Assembly: GCA_963839425.1 (NCBI GenBank)
Contig: CAWIUX010000005.1
Location: 258,991 to 322,990, forward strand
DNA length: 64,000 nt
Source of the DNA: an uncultured Actinomycetes bacterium
GTDB lineage: Bacteria > Actinomycetota > Thermoleophilia > Gaiellales > Gaiellaceae
Direction: 5' to 3'
Position 1 is the stretch's first letter, and each line of letters opens with the position of its first letter. The notes under the pieces are model-generated. The model did not search any database. It saw only the letters and a program-made list of their open reading frames with translations, and had not been told where the DNA came from. Positions 53,807 to 62,943 of the stretch are shown here, one piece after another. A program made the position numbers and the translations under genes.

Positions 53807-55051
53807 GTGGCCGTCACCACCGGGCAGACGCTCGACGCGCCCGCCCTGCGGGCCGACTTCGCCGTCTTCGAGGAGCTCGTGAAGGGCAAGCCGCTCGCCT
53901 ACCTCGACTCGGCCTCCTCGACGCAGAAGCCGCGCCAGGTGCTCGACGCGATGCGTGAGTTCTACGAGCACTCCTACGCGAACGTCCACCGCGGCGTCTA
54001 CCGACTCTCCGAGCGCGCGACGGAGGGCTACGAGGGCGCACGCGAGAAGGTGCGCGCCTTCGTCAACGCCTCCTCGACGCGCGAGATCGTCTTCACGCGC
54101 AGCACCACCGAGGCGCTCAACCTCGTCGCCTATGCCTGGGGGCTCGACAACCTCGGCCCGGGCGATCTCGTCGTCGTCACCGAGCTCGAGCACCACTCGA
54201 ACTTCGTCCCCTGGCAGTACATCGCGCAGCGGCAGGGGGCCGGCTTCCGACACATCCCGATCGACGACAGCGGCGAGCTCCAACTCGACGCGCTCGAGCG
54301 GATCGCCGCGGAGGGCCGTATCAAGGTCGTCGCCAACAACCTCGTCTCCAACTCGCTCGGCACGATCAACCCGGTCGAGAAGCTGGCCGCGTGGGCCCAC
54401 GAGCAGGGCGCGATCATGGTCGTCGACGCCGCGCAGGCGGCGCCGCACCGGCCGATCGACGTGCAGGCGCTCGGCTGTGACTTTCTCGCGTTCTCCTCGC
54501 ACAAGCTCTGCGGCCCGACCGGCGCCGGTGCGCTCTGGGGCCGCCGCGAGCTGCTGGAGCAGATGTCGCCGTTCAACCTCGGCGGCGAGATGATCCGCTC
54601 GGTCGCGCTCGACCGGACGAGCTGGAACGAGCTGCCGTACAAGTTCGAGGCCGGCACGCCCGCGATCGCGGAGGCGTACGGCTTCGGCATCGCAGTCGAC
54701 TACGTCAGCGCCGTCGGGCTCGAGGCGATCGAGGCGCACGAGCACGAGCTGACCACGTACGCCCTCGGCCGCCTGGCGGAGCTCCCGTGGGTGCAGACGT
54801 ACGGGCCGCCGGCCGAGCGCCGCGCCGGCATCGTCTCCTTCAACATCGATGGTGTCCACCCGCACGACGTCGCCCAGGTGCTCGACTGGGAGGGCGTCGC
54901 CGTCCGGGCCGGGCACCACTGCACACAGCCGCTGATGACCCGCCTCGGCGTCTCCGCGACGACGCGCGCGAGCTTCTACCTCTACACGATCCCCGACGAC
55001 GTCGACCGGCTCGTGGACGGGCTGCACAAGGTGCGCAAGAGCTTCTCGTGA
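53807..55051 (+). CDS. sufS: Cysteine desulfurase SufS (class V aminotransferase)
   Basis: SSHKLCGPTGAG PLP-lysine motif and RAGHHCTQP catalytic Cys. Confidence 0.9.
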   Translation: MAVTTGQTLDAPALRADFAVFEELVKGKPLAYLDSASSTQKPRQVLDAMREFYEHSYANVHRGVYRLSERATEGYEGAREKVRAFVNASSTREIVFTRSTTEALNLVAYAWGLDNLGPGDLVVVTELEHHSNFVPWQYIAQRQGAGFRHIPIDDSGELQLDALERIAAEGRIKVVANNLVSNSLGTINPVEKLAAWAHEQGAIMVVDAAQAAPHRPIDVQALGCDFLAFSSHKLCGPTGAGALWGRRELLEQMSPFNLGGEMIRSVALDRTSWNELPYKFEAGTPAIAEAYGFGIAVDYVSAVGLEAIEAHEHELTTYALGRLAELPWVQTYGPPAERRAGIVSFNIDGVHPHDVAQVLDWEGVAVRAGHHCTQPLMTRLGVSATTRASFYLYTIPDDVDRLVDGLHKVRKSFS

Positions 55052-55479
55052 GCGGCGAGTTCGAGCAGCTCTACCGAGAGGTCATCCTGGACCATTACAA
55101 GAGCCCGCGCTCGCACGGGCTCCTGGAGCCGCACGACGCGTTCGCCGAGGGCCAGAACCCGCTCTGCGGCGACGAGATCGCGATGTCGCTCACACTCGAC
55201 GGCGATACGGTCTCCGACGTCGGCTTCGAGGGGCGGGGCTGCGCGATCAGCCAGGCGGCCACGTCGATGCTGACGGAGATGATTCGCGGCCGCTCCGTCC
55301 ACGAGCTCGCCGCGATGCCGAAGGAGGAGCTGCTCGAGGAGATCGGGATTCCGCTGTCGCCGGTACGGCTGAAGTGCGCGATTCTCGGCCTCGGCGTGCT
55401 GAAGGTGGCGCTGCACAAGGCGAAGGGCACGCCGCTTCCGGAGGAGTGGGCCCTCGGCGACGACCTGACCATCTCGTGA
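55048..55479 (+). CDS. sufU: Fe-S cluster scaffold/sulfur acceptor SufU
   Basis: NPLCGDEI, GCAISQAA and RLKCAIL Cys ligand motifs. The GTG start overlaps the sufS stop. Confidence 0.9.
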   Translation: MSGEFEQLYREVILDHYKSPRSHGLLEPHDAFAEGQNPLCGDEIAMSLTLDGDTVSDVGFEGRGCAISQAATSMLTEMIRGRSVHELAAMPKEELLEEIGIPLSPVRLKCAILGLGVLKVALHKAKGTPLPEEWALGDDLTIS

Positions 55480-55787
55480 CGGAGATCGAGGTCTGCCGGC
55501 TCGAGGAGCTGCCGCCCGGCTCGATGCGGCTGGTTCCGGCCGGTCTGCTCCAGGTCGGCGTCTACAACTGCGGCGGCACGCTGTACGCGCTCGAGGATCG
55601 CTGCTCCCACGACGACGGGCCGCTCTGCGAGGGCGACTGGGAGCCGGACGAGTGCGTCGTCACGTGCCCCCGCCACGGAGCGCGGTTCGACCTCACGAGC
55701 GGCCGCCCGCTGACGCTGCCCGCGTTCGAGCCGGTGGAGACGTATCCCGTACGGGTCGAGGACGGGGTCGTCAAGCTGACCGTCTGA
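55476..55787 (+). CDS. Rieske [2Fe-2S] ferredoxin-like protein
   Basis: CSHDDGPL ... CPRHGARF Rieske motif. Translationally coupled to sufU. Confidence 0.85.
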   Translation: MTEIEVCRLEELPPGSMRLVPAGLLQVGVYNCGGTLYALEDRCSHDDGPLCEGDWEPDECVVTCPRHGARFDLTSGRPLTLPAFEPVETYPVRVEDGVVKLTV

Positions 55788-56383
55788 TGCTCGACGATCG
55801 CGTCCGCAGCGTGCTCGACCGCCTCTACGAGGAGGACGCCGCCGAGCGCGCCCAGGGCGTCCCGTCCGAACAGCGCGCGCGTCAGGTCCCGCGGACGACG
55901 GGGCGGCTCCTGTTCGCCATCGTCGCGGGCAACGCCGGCTGCGAGGTGCTCGAGATCGGCGGCTCGCGCGGCGGCTCGACGATCTGGCTCGCGGCGGGCG
56001 CGCGTATCCTCGGTGGCCGCGTCGTCTCGCTCGAGCTCGACTCGGCCAAGTGCGAGGCCTGGCGCCGCAACGTCGCCGAGGCCGGGCTCGACGAGTGGGC
56101 CGAGCTGATCGAGGGCGACGCGCACGAGATCCTGGCGCGGCTCGACGAGCCCTTCGACGTGGTCTTCCTCGATGCCGAGAAGGACGACTACGAGATTTAC
56201 TTCGGGCTCGCCCGCCGCCTGCTCGAGCCGGGTGCGGTCGTGATCGCCGACAACGTCCTCTCGCATGCAGGGACGCTGGGCGCATACTCGGCCGCTCGGC
56301 AGGCCGACCCCACGCTCGTCAGCGTCACGGTTCCCCTCGATCGCGGTCTCGAGTTGAGTGCCGTCCTGCGCGACGTTCTATAG
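55787..56383 (+). CDS. Class I O-methyltransferase (caffeoyl-CoA OMT-like family 3)
   Basis: VLEIGGSRGGSTIWLA and VFLDAEKDDY motifs. The ATG overlaps the Rieske stop (TGATG). Confidence 0.8.
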   Translation: MLDDRVRSVLDRLYEEDAAERAQGVPSEQRARQVPRTTGRLLFAIVAGNAGCEVLEIGGSRGGSTIWLAAGARILGGRVVSLELDSAKCEAWRRNVAEAGLDEWAELIEGDAHEILARLDEPFDVVFLDAEKDDYEIYFGLARRLLEPGAVVIADNVLSHAGTLGAYSAARQADPTLVSVTVPLDRGLELSAVLRDVL

Positions 56384-56389
56384 TTCGCG

Positions 56390-56583
56390 TACCGCGGAAA
56401 GGGGGTGGTCCGGCTGATGGAATCTTCGTGTACGGGCAGTGGAGGTACCAGCGGGTAGAGGTGTGTCCCCGGGACCTACGGGGAATCGCCATAGCCACGC
56501 GTAGGGGACTCGCGTTTTCGCGCCGCCGGCCACCTCGGCAGGCAGGAAACGCCTCTGCCAATCCACGCTGGTTACCGGGACTC
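56390..56583 (+). ncRNA. Candidate structured small RNA or long structured 3' UTR (family not recognised)
   Basis: Non-coding gap between convergent genes, with lower GC. Long-range helix GGUACCAGCG (56444-53) / CGCUGGUUACC (56566-76). Nested GAGGUG/CACCUC helix. Hairpins UCCCCG-N7-CGGGGA and GGCAG...CUGCC. Confidence 0.35.
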
Positions 56584-56615
56584 GAGGGCCGCTCACGCGG
56601 CCCTCGGTCTTTTCT
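56584..56615 (+). terminator. Rho-independent terminator (plus strand)
   Basis: GAGGGCCGC-TCAC-GCGGCCCTC 9-bp GC stem, followed by GGTCTTTTCT. Confidence 0.65.
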
Positions 56616-56617
56616 CG

Positions 56618-57538
56618 TCAGGCAGCCGTCGCGCGGCGCAGCTGCTCGTCGAGCGGCACGAGTGGCAGGCCGAAGACCTCGCGCGCGCTCGGGTCGGTGA
56701 CGACGTTGTCGCCGGCGGCGAGCATCTTCAGTTGGTCGCGCGTCACGGGCGGGTGCGGGAGCAGCTCGAGCAGGCGGGCCTGCTGCCGCAGCAGCCAGAA
56801 CGGCACGTGCACGGACGGGCGCCGCTTGCCGAGTGCCCGCTTCGCGCGCGCCCAGAACTCGTTCCAGTCGACGACGTCGGGGCCGCCGAGCTCGAACGTG
56901 CGGCCGGCCGCGGCGTGGAGATCGACCGCGGCGGCGAAGTGGGCCGCGACGTCGTCCACCCAGATCGGTTGCAGGCGCTGCGTGCCCGGCCCGACGATCG
57001 GCGTCACCGGCGCCAGCCGGGCGATGCGCAGGAACTGCTGCAGCGCGCCGCCGTCGGCCCCGAAGACGAAGCTCGGCCGGAAGATCGTGTAGGGGATGCC
57101 CGAGCCCTCGACCGTTCGCTCCATCGCCCACTTGGCGCGGTAGTACGGGACGAGGTCCTTCGTCTGCTCGCTCGTCCCGAGCGCGCTCATCAGCACGAAG
57201 CGGCGTACGCCGCTGGCGGCAGCCGCTCCGGCGAGCTCCGCCGTTCCCTCGGTCATCACGCGCTCGAAGTCGCCGGGCCGCCCGGTGATGATCGCGACCA
57301 GATGGACGACCGCATCGCAGCCGTCCGTCGCCCGGCGGAGGCTCTCCGGGTCGGTCATGTCGCCCTCGGCCGGCTCGCAGCCGAGCGCCGCGCCGCGAGC
57401 CGGGTTGCGGACGAGCGCGCGCACGTCGTGGCCCGCCTCGCGCAGCGCTCGGACGACCTTCGGGCCGACGAAGCCCGTGCCGCCGGTGACGAGAACTTTT
57501 CCGCCGCGCGGAAAAGTTCTATCAAGAGCAGAAGTCAT
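56618..57538 (-). CDS. NAD(P)H-binding SDR/NmrA-like (NDUFA9-like) oxidoreductase
   Basis: VLVTGGTGFVGPKVVRAL Rossmann motif and YYRAKW. ATG 57538 has a GAGGAAG RBS. Confidence 0.8.
   Translation of the reverse strand: MTSALDRTFPRGGKVLVTGGTGFVGPKVVRALREAGHDVRALVRNPARGAALGCEPAEGDMTDPESLRRATDGCDAVVHLVAIITGRPGDFERVMTEGTAELAGAAAASGVRRFVLMSALGTSEQTKDLVPYYRAKWAMERTVEGSGIPYTIFRPSFVFGADGGALQQFLRIARLAPVTPIVGPGTQRLQPIWVDDVAAHFAAAVDLHAAAGRTFELGGPDVVDWNEFWARAKRALGKRRPSVHVPFWLLRQQARLLELLPHPPVTRDQLKMLAAGDNVVTDPSAREVFGLPLVPLDEQLRRATAA
57492..57520. repeat. Perfect palindrome 1: AGAACTTTTCCG-CCGCG-CGGAAAAGTTCT
   Basis: 12-bp arms and a 5-nt centre. Lies within codons about 7-16 of the SDR gene. Confidence 0.85.
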
Positions 57539-57555
57539 TGCTTCCTCGGCTCTAT

Positions 57556-58152
57556 CAGTCCGATTCTTCCTTAGAATTTTCCGGCGCCGCCGGAAAATTC
57601 TGCCAGTAGCGGCTGGGGGTCGGGCCCCGCTGGCCCTGGTACTTCGACCCCAGCCCACCCGAGCCGTACGGGCGCTCGGCGGGCTCGGTCAGCTGGACGA
57701 ACGAGAATCTGGCCGATCTTCATGCCCGGGTAGATCGTGATCGGCAGGTTCGCGACGTTCGACAGCTCGAGCGTGACGTGGCCGTCCCAGCCGGGGTCGA
57801 TGAAGCCGGCGGTCGAGTGGATCAACAGCCCGAGCCGCCCGAGCGAGCTCTTCCCCTCGAGTCGTGCGACGAGGTCGTCCGGCAGCGTCACGCGCTCGAG
57901 CGTCGAGCCGAGCACGAACTCGCCGGGGTGGAGGATGAACGGCTCGTCGCCCGTCACCTCGACGAGCTCGGTGAGGCCCTCCTGCTCGGTCTTGACGTCG
58001 ATGTACGGGTAGCGCGAGTTGCGGAAGACGCGAAAGAGGCGGTCCACCCGCACGTCGAGGCTCGACGGCTGCATCAGCGACTCGTCGTAGGGGTCGATCC
58101 CGATGCGGCCCTCGGCAAGGAGGCGGCGGATGGTGCGATCGGAGAGGACCAC
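57556..58152 (-). pseudogene. dcd: dCTP deaminase with one frame switch near 57706
   Basis: [11 protein letters not shown]...[15 protein letters not shown]...PGMKIGQ. The tail [37 protein letters not shown]... is recovered after removing one T (cagatTctcg). Confidence 0.85.
57573..57601. repeat. Perfect palindrome 2: AGAATTTTCCGGCG-C-CGCCGGAAAATTCT
   Basis: 14-bp arms and a 1-nt centre. Lies within the last about 15 codons of dcd. The arm is related to palindrome 1. Confidence 0.85.
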
Positions 58153-58250
58153 GGGCGGATCGTACGCCTCCGAGCCCGAACGAGTGACGCAGTTCGAGTG
58201 ACGCTGCATCGAGGAATGTCCGGCCGCCGCGGCGTCGCCGATGGAAGCCC

Positions 58251-59675
58251 ATGCCGCTTCTCGCCCGTCTCCGCCGAGACGAGCAAGGCTTTGCCCTGGT
58301 TCTTGCACTCGGCGCCACGATCACCCTCGGGATCTCGGCTGCGAGCGTCGCGCTCTACACGGCCGAGAACTCCGCGACGACCTCACGCTCGCTCGCCGAC
58401 CAGCAGGCGTTCGCGCTCGCCGAGGCGGCGGTCAACAACGCGAGGGCGGTGCTCTTCGCCTCGGCGAACCCGCTCAGCGACGCGGCCGTGCCCCAGCAGA
58501 CCGTCACCTACGAGATGGGCACCGCCACGCACGTCGGGACCCTGGCGAGCTCGACGTGGACGCTCCGCGGCACCGGCACCGTGCGGAATCCGACCGGCGG
58601 CTCGCCGGTCGTCCGCACCGCCTCGGGCCGCGTCGCCGTCTCGAGCGGCCGGCAGTCGAGCCCGAACAACGCCGTCTGGAACTACATGTACTCGGATGCT
58701 CCGCCGGGCTCGCCCTGCATGCAGCTCGTGAACAGCGCCACGATCGACATCCCGCTCTACGTCCGCGGCGACCTCTGCATGGCGAACAGCGCCCGGGTGA
58801 CCGGCCAGTACGTCCAGGTCGGCGGCACGCTCACGCTCGTCAACAGCGCGTCGGTCGGCTCGCCGGGGACGCCGATCACCGACGCGGAGATCGGCGGCGG
58901 CTGCCGGCTGAACGGCGGCGCCCCCCAGAGCCCGTGCTCGGCCGCGCAGCGCGTCTACGCGAGGACGACCGGGACGATGCCGTCCGGCCTCGTGAAGCCG
59001 CCCGTCGACCTCGCCGGCTGGTATGCGAACGCCCAGCCCGGGCCGCTCCATCCCTGTACGAGCGGCAGCTTCCCCGGCGGTTTCGACAACGACGGCGTCA
59101 GGAACACCAGCCGCGGCACGATCGATCTCACGCCGGCGAGCCCGTACGACTGTCGCGTCACCGACCACGTGACCGGCGCGCTCGTCGGTCGCATCACCTG
59201 GACGCCCGGCGTGGGCACGAGCCCGGGAACGCTCCTCGTCGCCGGCACGATCTTCTTCGACGGGAACCTGATGATGGTGAACAACGCCAACGCCGTCTAC
59301 CAGGGCCGCGCGACGATCTACGCCTCCGGCACGATCCTGCTCGCCAACAACGCCAGGCTCTGCGGCGTGGCTGCGTGCGACGCGACGTGGGACGCGACCA
59401 CCAACCTGCTCGCCCTCGTCGCCGGCAGCTCGACGAGCCACAACGGCTTCACGATCGTGAACGACGCGAAGTTCCAGGGAGCCGTCTACGCGGTGAACGA
59501 CTACCTGGAGGCGAACAACGCCACCGTCTGGGGGCCGGTGATCGCCCGCCAGCTCACGATCGTGAACAGCGGCCTCAACCACTACGTGCCGCTCGGCACG
59601 CTCCTGCCCGGGATGCCGGCCGACTACCAGCAGGTGACGGTGTTGCAGAACGTGCCCGGCGGCTTCGGCGAGTAG
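58251..59675 (+). CDS. Secreted/membrane-anchored protein with a PilX-like N-terminal hydrophobic segment; function unknown
   Basis: N-terminus [29 protein letters not shown] resembles PilX_N / pseudopilin-type anchors. The remainder is Gly/Asn/Thr-rich and beta-helix-like, with several Cys residues. Confidence 0.5.
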   Translation: MPLLARLRRDEQGFALVLALGATITLGISAASVALYTAENSATTSRSLADQQAFALAEAAVNNARAVLFASANPLSDAAVPQQTVTYEMGTATHVGTLASSTWTLRGTGTVRNPTGGSPVVRTASGRVAVSSGRQSSPNNAVWNYMYSDAPPGSPCMQLVNSATIDIPLYVRGDLCMANSARVTGQYVQVGGTLTLVNSASVGSPGTPITDAEIGGGCRLNGGAPQSPCSAAQRVYARTTGTMPSGLVKPPVDLAGWYANAQPGPLHPCTSGSFPGGFDNDGVRNTSRGTIDLTPASPYDCRVTDHVTGALVGRITWTPGVGTSPGTLLVAGTIFFDGNLMMVNNANAVYQGRATIYASGTILLANNARLCGVAACDATWDATTNLLALVAGSSTSHNGFTIVNDAKFQGAVYAVNDYLEANNATVWGPVIARQLTIVNSGLNHYVPLGTLLPGMPADYQQVTVLQNVPGGFGE

Positions 59676-59715
59676 CCTGGATTTGCTTGCGTAACAGGGG
59701 TTTTCCACATACCGT

Positions 59716-60918
59716 GTGCGCCCCATGTCCATGCTCTTCGAGCAGCCGGACCCTACCGAGCGATTCAGGGAGCGCAGGGCGGCGGCCAGGCGGCGGCGGC
59801 GGCGGCACAAGGCGGCGCTCGCGCTGCTTGTCCTCGGCGCGGTTGCAGCGCTCGCACTCGGCGCTCAGCGCTTCCAGGGTGGCTCGCTGACGGCGCCCGC
59901 GGCGAAGCAGGGCCAGACGCCGCAGGCGCAGAAGTGGGCGGTCCCGACCCCCCGGGGGCTGCCCGCCGAGGTGCGCGGCGTCCACGTGACGATGGCGCTC
60001 GCCTCCGTGCGCGGCAAGCTCGACGAATACCTGACCCTCATGACCGAGGGCCTGAACACGATCGAGCTGGACGTCAAGGATGAGAACGGCGAAATCGGGT
60101 TCGTCCCCTCGGCCGTGCCGCTCGCGATCAAGATCGGCGCCGCGAGGCCGTACTACCGGCCGCGCGAGGTCGTGGCGGCGGTGCACGCGGCCGGCGCGTA
60201 CCTGATCGGCCGGGTCGTCGTCTTCGAGGATCCGAAGCTCGCGCGCGCGCGGCCCGACCTCGCGATCCAGCGCCCCGACGGCTCGGTCTGGGCGACCAGC
60301 GGGGGCCTCGGCTGGACGAACCCGTACGACAAGCGGGTCTGGGAGTACAACGTCTCGGTCGCCGAGGTGGCAGCGAGGATGGGCTTCGACGAGATCCAGT
60401 TCGACTACGTTCGCTTCCCGAGCGACGGAACGCTTTCCGACACGGTGTATCCGGGCAAGACGGACGCCGCTCCCGGCTGGGTGATCGCGCAATTCGTCCA
60501 GTACGCGGCGAAGCGGCTGCAGCCGCTCGGCGTCCGGGTCTCGGTGGACGTGTTCGGCCTCTCGGCGACGCGTGACCTCGGCATCGGCCAGGTGCCGCGC
60601 CGGCTCGCCCGCTACGTGGACGCGATCTACCCGATGACGTACCCGTCGCACTACGGCTCCGGCGAGTACGGGATCGACAACCCGAACGCCGCGCCGGGCG
60701 AGACGGTGTTCATGTCGCTTGTGCACTTCCGCCGCGAGCTGCGCGGCCGGGACGCCAAGCTCATCCCGTGGCTGCAGGACTTCTCGCTCGGCCGTCCCTA
60801 CACGCTCGCCGAGGTGAAGGCCCAGATCGAGTCGGCGCGCCTGCACGACGTCAAGGGCTACCTGCTCTGGAACCCGCTCGGCGTGTACACGCCGGGCTCG
60901 CTGGCACCGCAGGGCTGA
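59716..60918 (+). CDS. Putative glycoside hydrolase (DUF4015-like TIM barrel), membrane-anchored
   Basis: Basic N-terminus plus one TM segment. Segments VRGVHVT...NTIELDVKDENGEIGF...DEIQFDYVRFP...IYPMTYPSHY. Confidence 0.65.
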   Translation: MRPMSMLFEQPDPTERFRERRAAARRRRRRHKAALALLVLGAVAALALGAQRFQGGSLTAPAAKQGQTPQAQKWAVPTPRGLPAEVRGVHVTMALASVRGKLDEYLTLMTEGLNTIELDVKDENGEIGFVPSAVPLAIKIGAARPYYRPREVVAAVHAAGAYLIGRVVVFEDPKLARARPDLAIQRPDGSVWATSGGLGWTNPYDKRVWEYNVSVAEVAARMGFDEIQFDYVRFPSDGTLSDTVYPGKTDAAPGWVIAQFVQYAAKRLQPLGVRVSVDVFGLSATRDLGIGQVPRRLARYVDAIYPMTYPSHYGSGEYGIDNPNAAPGETVFMSLVHFRRELRGRDAKLIPWLQDFSLGRPYTLAEVKAQIESARLHDVKGYLLWNPLGVYTPGSLAPQG

Positions 60919-60922
60919 TCAG

Positions 60923-61567
60923 CTAAGGCGCGAGCCGTTCGCGCCGCCAGCCGGTGCCCTCGCGCGTGTAGCGGACGCGGTCGTGGAGCCGGTTATCACG
61001 GTGTTCCCACAGCTCGACGGTCTCGGGCACGACGCGGTAGCCGCCCCAGTGCGGCGGCAGCGGGATCTCGTCGCCCGGGAAGCGCGCCGCCGCCTGCGCA
61101 AAGCGGCGTTCGAGGTCCGTCCTGCTCGCGACCGGCTCGCTCTGCGGCGAGGCCCAGGCCGAGAGCCGGCTCGCACGCGGGCGCGTGCCGAAGTACTCCT
61201 CCGACTCGTGCGTCTCGACGGGCTCTACGCGTCCCTCGACCCGAACCTGGCGGCCGAGCTCGCGCCAGTAGAGGACGAGCGCCGCGCGCGGGTTCTCGTC
61301 GAGCTCGCCTCCCTTGCGGCTGCCGGTGTTCGTGAAGAAGACGAAACCCCGGCCGTCGGCACCCTTCAGCAGCACCATCCGCGCCGACGGCGATCCGTCC
61401 GCGCTCGCCGTCGCGAGGGCCGTCGTCTCGGGGAAGACGACGCCTGCGGCCTTCGCCTCGGCGAACCAGGCCTCGAACTGGCGGAGCGGATCGGGATCGA
61501 CCGTGCGCTCGTCGAGCATCGCGCCTAGCTTACGGCCAGAGGCCGTGAGCACCCCCGATACGGTCAT
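60923..61567 (-). CDS. pdxH: Pyridoxamine 5'-phosphate oxidase
   Basis: RMVLLKG...FFTN..SRKG.EL..NP.AAL.LYW..L.RQVR.EG...WGGYRV.P...E.W motifs. An alternative start is at 61519. Confidence 0.9.
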   Translation of the reverse strand: MTVSGVLTASGRKLGAMLDERTVDPDPLRQFEAWFAEAKAAGVVFPETTALATASADGSPSARMVLLKGADGRGFVFFTNTGSRKGGELDENPRAALVLYWRELGRQVRVEGRVEPVETHESEEYFGTRPRASRLSAWASPQSEPVASRTDLERRFAQAAARFPGDEIPLPPHWGGYRVVPETVELWEHRDNRLHDRVRYTREGTGWRRERLAP

Positions 61568-61607
61568 TCGGTGCCGCCGCCGCGTCGGCTAGGCTGGAGA
61601 CGTGGCG

Positions 61608-62924
61608 ATGACCCGCACGATCGACCTGCGCACCGAGGTCCCCGGCCCGCGCTCGAAGGAGATCCTCGCTCGGAAGGAGCGTGTCGTCGCCGACCCGGTC
61701 GCCGTCTACCTGCCGGTCGTTGCCTGGGAGGGCCACGGCGCCGCTCTCACCGACGTGGACGGCAACACGTTCATCGACTTCATTGGCGGCGTCGGCTGCC
61801 TCAACGTCGGACACTCGCACCCGCGGGTCGTCGAGGCCGCACACGAGCAGCTCTCCCGCTTCACCCACACCGACTTCACGGTCGTCCCGTACGAGGGGTA
61901 CATCGCCCTCGCCGAGCGGCTGACGGCGCTCGCGCCTTTCAGCGGCCCGACGAAGGCGGCATTCTTCAACGCCGGCACCGAGGCCGTGGAGAACGCGGTC
62001 AAGTTCGCGCGCCTCCACACGCGGCGTCCGGCGGTGATCGGCTTCGAGGGCGCGTTCCACGGTCGCACGCTGCTCTCGATGACACTGACGTCCAAGCCGC
62101 ACCCGTACAAGGCAGGCATGGGGCCATACGCGCCCGAGGTCTACCGCGCGCCGTACGCCCAGGACTACCGGGGTCCGGATGCCGAGACGGCGCTCTCCAG
62201 CTGCGGCACCTGTTCGCGACGCAGGTCGCCGCCGAGCAGGTGGCGGCGATCGTCGTCGAGCCGGTGCAGGGGGAGGGCGGCTTCCTCCCGGCGCCGCCGG
62301 CGTTCCTGCGTGGGCTGCGCGGGATCTGCGACGAGCACGGGATCGTCCTCGTCGTGGACGAGGTGCAGACAGGCTTCGGGCGCACCGGGAAGCTTTTCGC
62401 AACCGAGCACTACGGCATCGAGCCCGACCTGATGACGGTCGCGAAGTCGATCGCCGCCGGGCTGCCGCTCTCCGGCGTCATCGGCAAGGCGCACATCATG
62501 GATGCCGGCCACGAAGGGGCGATCGGCGGCACCTTCGTCGGGAATCCCGTGGCGCTCGCCGCCGCGCTCGCCGTGCTCGACGTGATCGAGGAGGAGGGGC
62601 TGGTCGAGCGCGCCGGGTCGCATCGGCGAGGTCATGCGCGCGCGCATGCTCGGCTGGCAGGAGCGGTTCGCCGCGATCGGGGACGTCCGCGGCCTCGGCG
62701 CGATGCTCGCGCTCGAGCTCGTGAGCGACCGGGCGACGAAGGCGCCGGCGGGCGACCTCGCGAGCGCCGTGGTGGAGGAGGCGGCGCAACGCGGTCTGCT
62801 GCTGCTGAAGGCAGGCCTCTACTCGAACTGCCTCCGGGTCCTCTGCCCGCTCGTCATCTCGGACGGCGAGCTGGACGAGGCGCTCACGGTCTGGGAGGAG
62901 TCCCTGGCCGCCGTGCTCGCGTAG
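61608..62924 (+). pseudogene. gabT: 4-aminobutyrate--2-oxoglutarate transaminase (class III aminotransferase) with 2 frame switches (near 62195 and 62620)
   Basis: GVGCLNVGHSHPRVV, DEVQTGFGRTGKLFA and TVAKSIAAGLPLSG (PLP Lys). The C-terminus MRARMLGWQERF...LKAGLYSNCLRVL lies in a third frame. Confidence 0.8.
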
Positions 62925-62943
62925 CCCCCCGCCGCTCGTCACA

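Noticed and set aside
56390-56583. Assigning the intergenic structured region to a riboswitch (cobalamin or c-di-AMP/ydaO) or to SRP or 6S RNA.
   Set aside because: The diagnostic motifs are absent by eye (B12 box GCCACUG, ydaO ...CAGCUAACCUCGUAAGC, the SRP GGAA-tetraloop/AGCA loop). There is also no downstream plus-strand gene to regulate. I kept it only as an unclassified candidate RNA.
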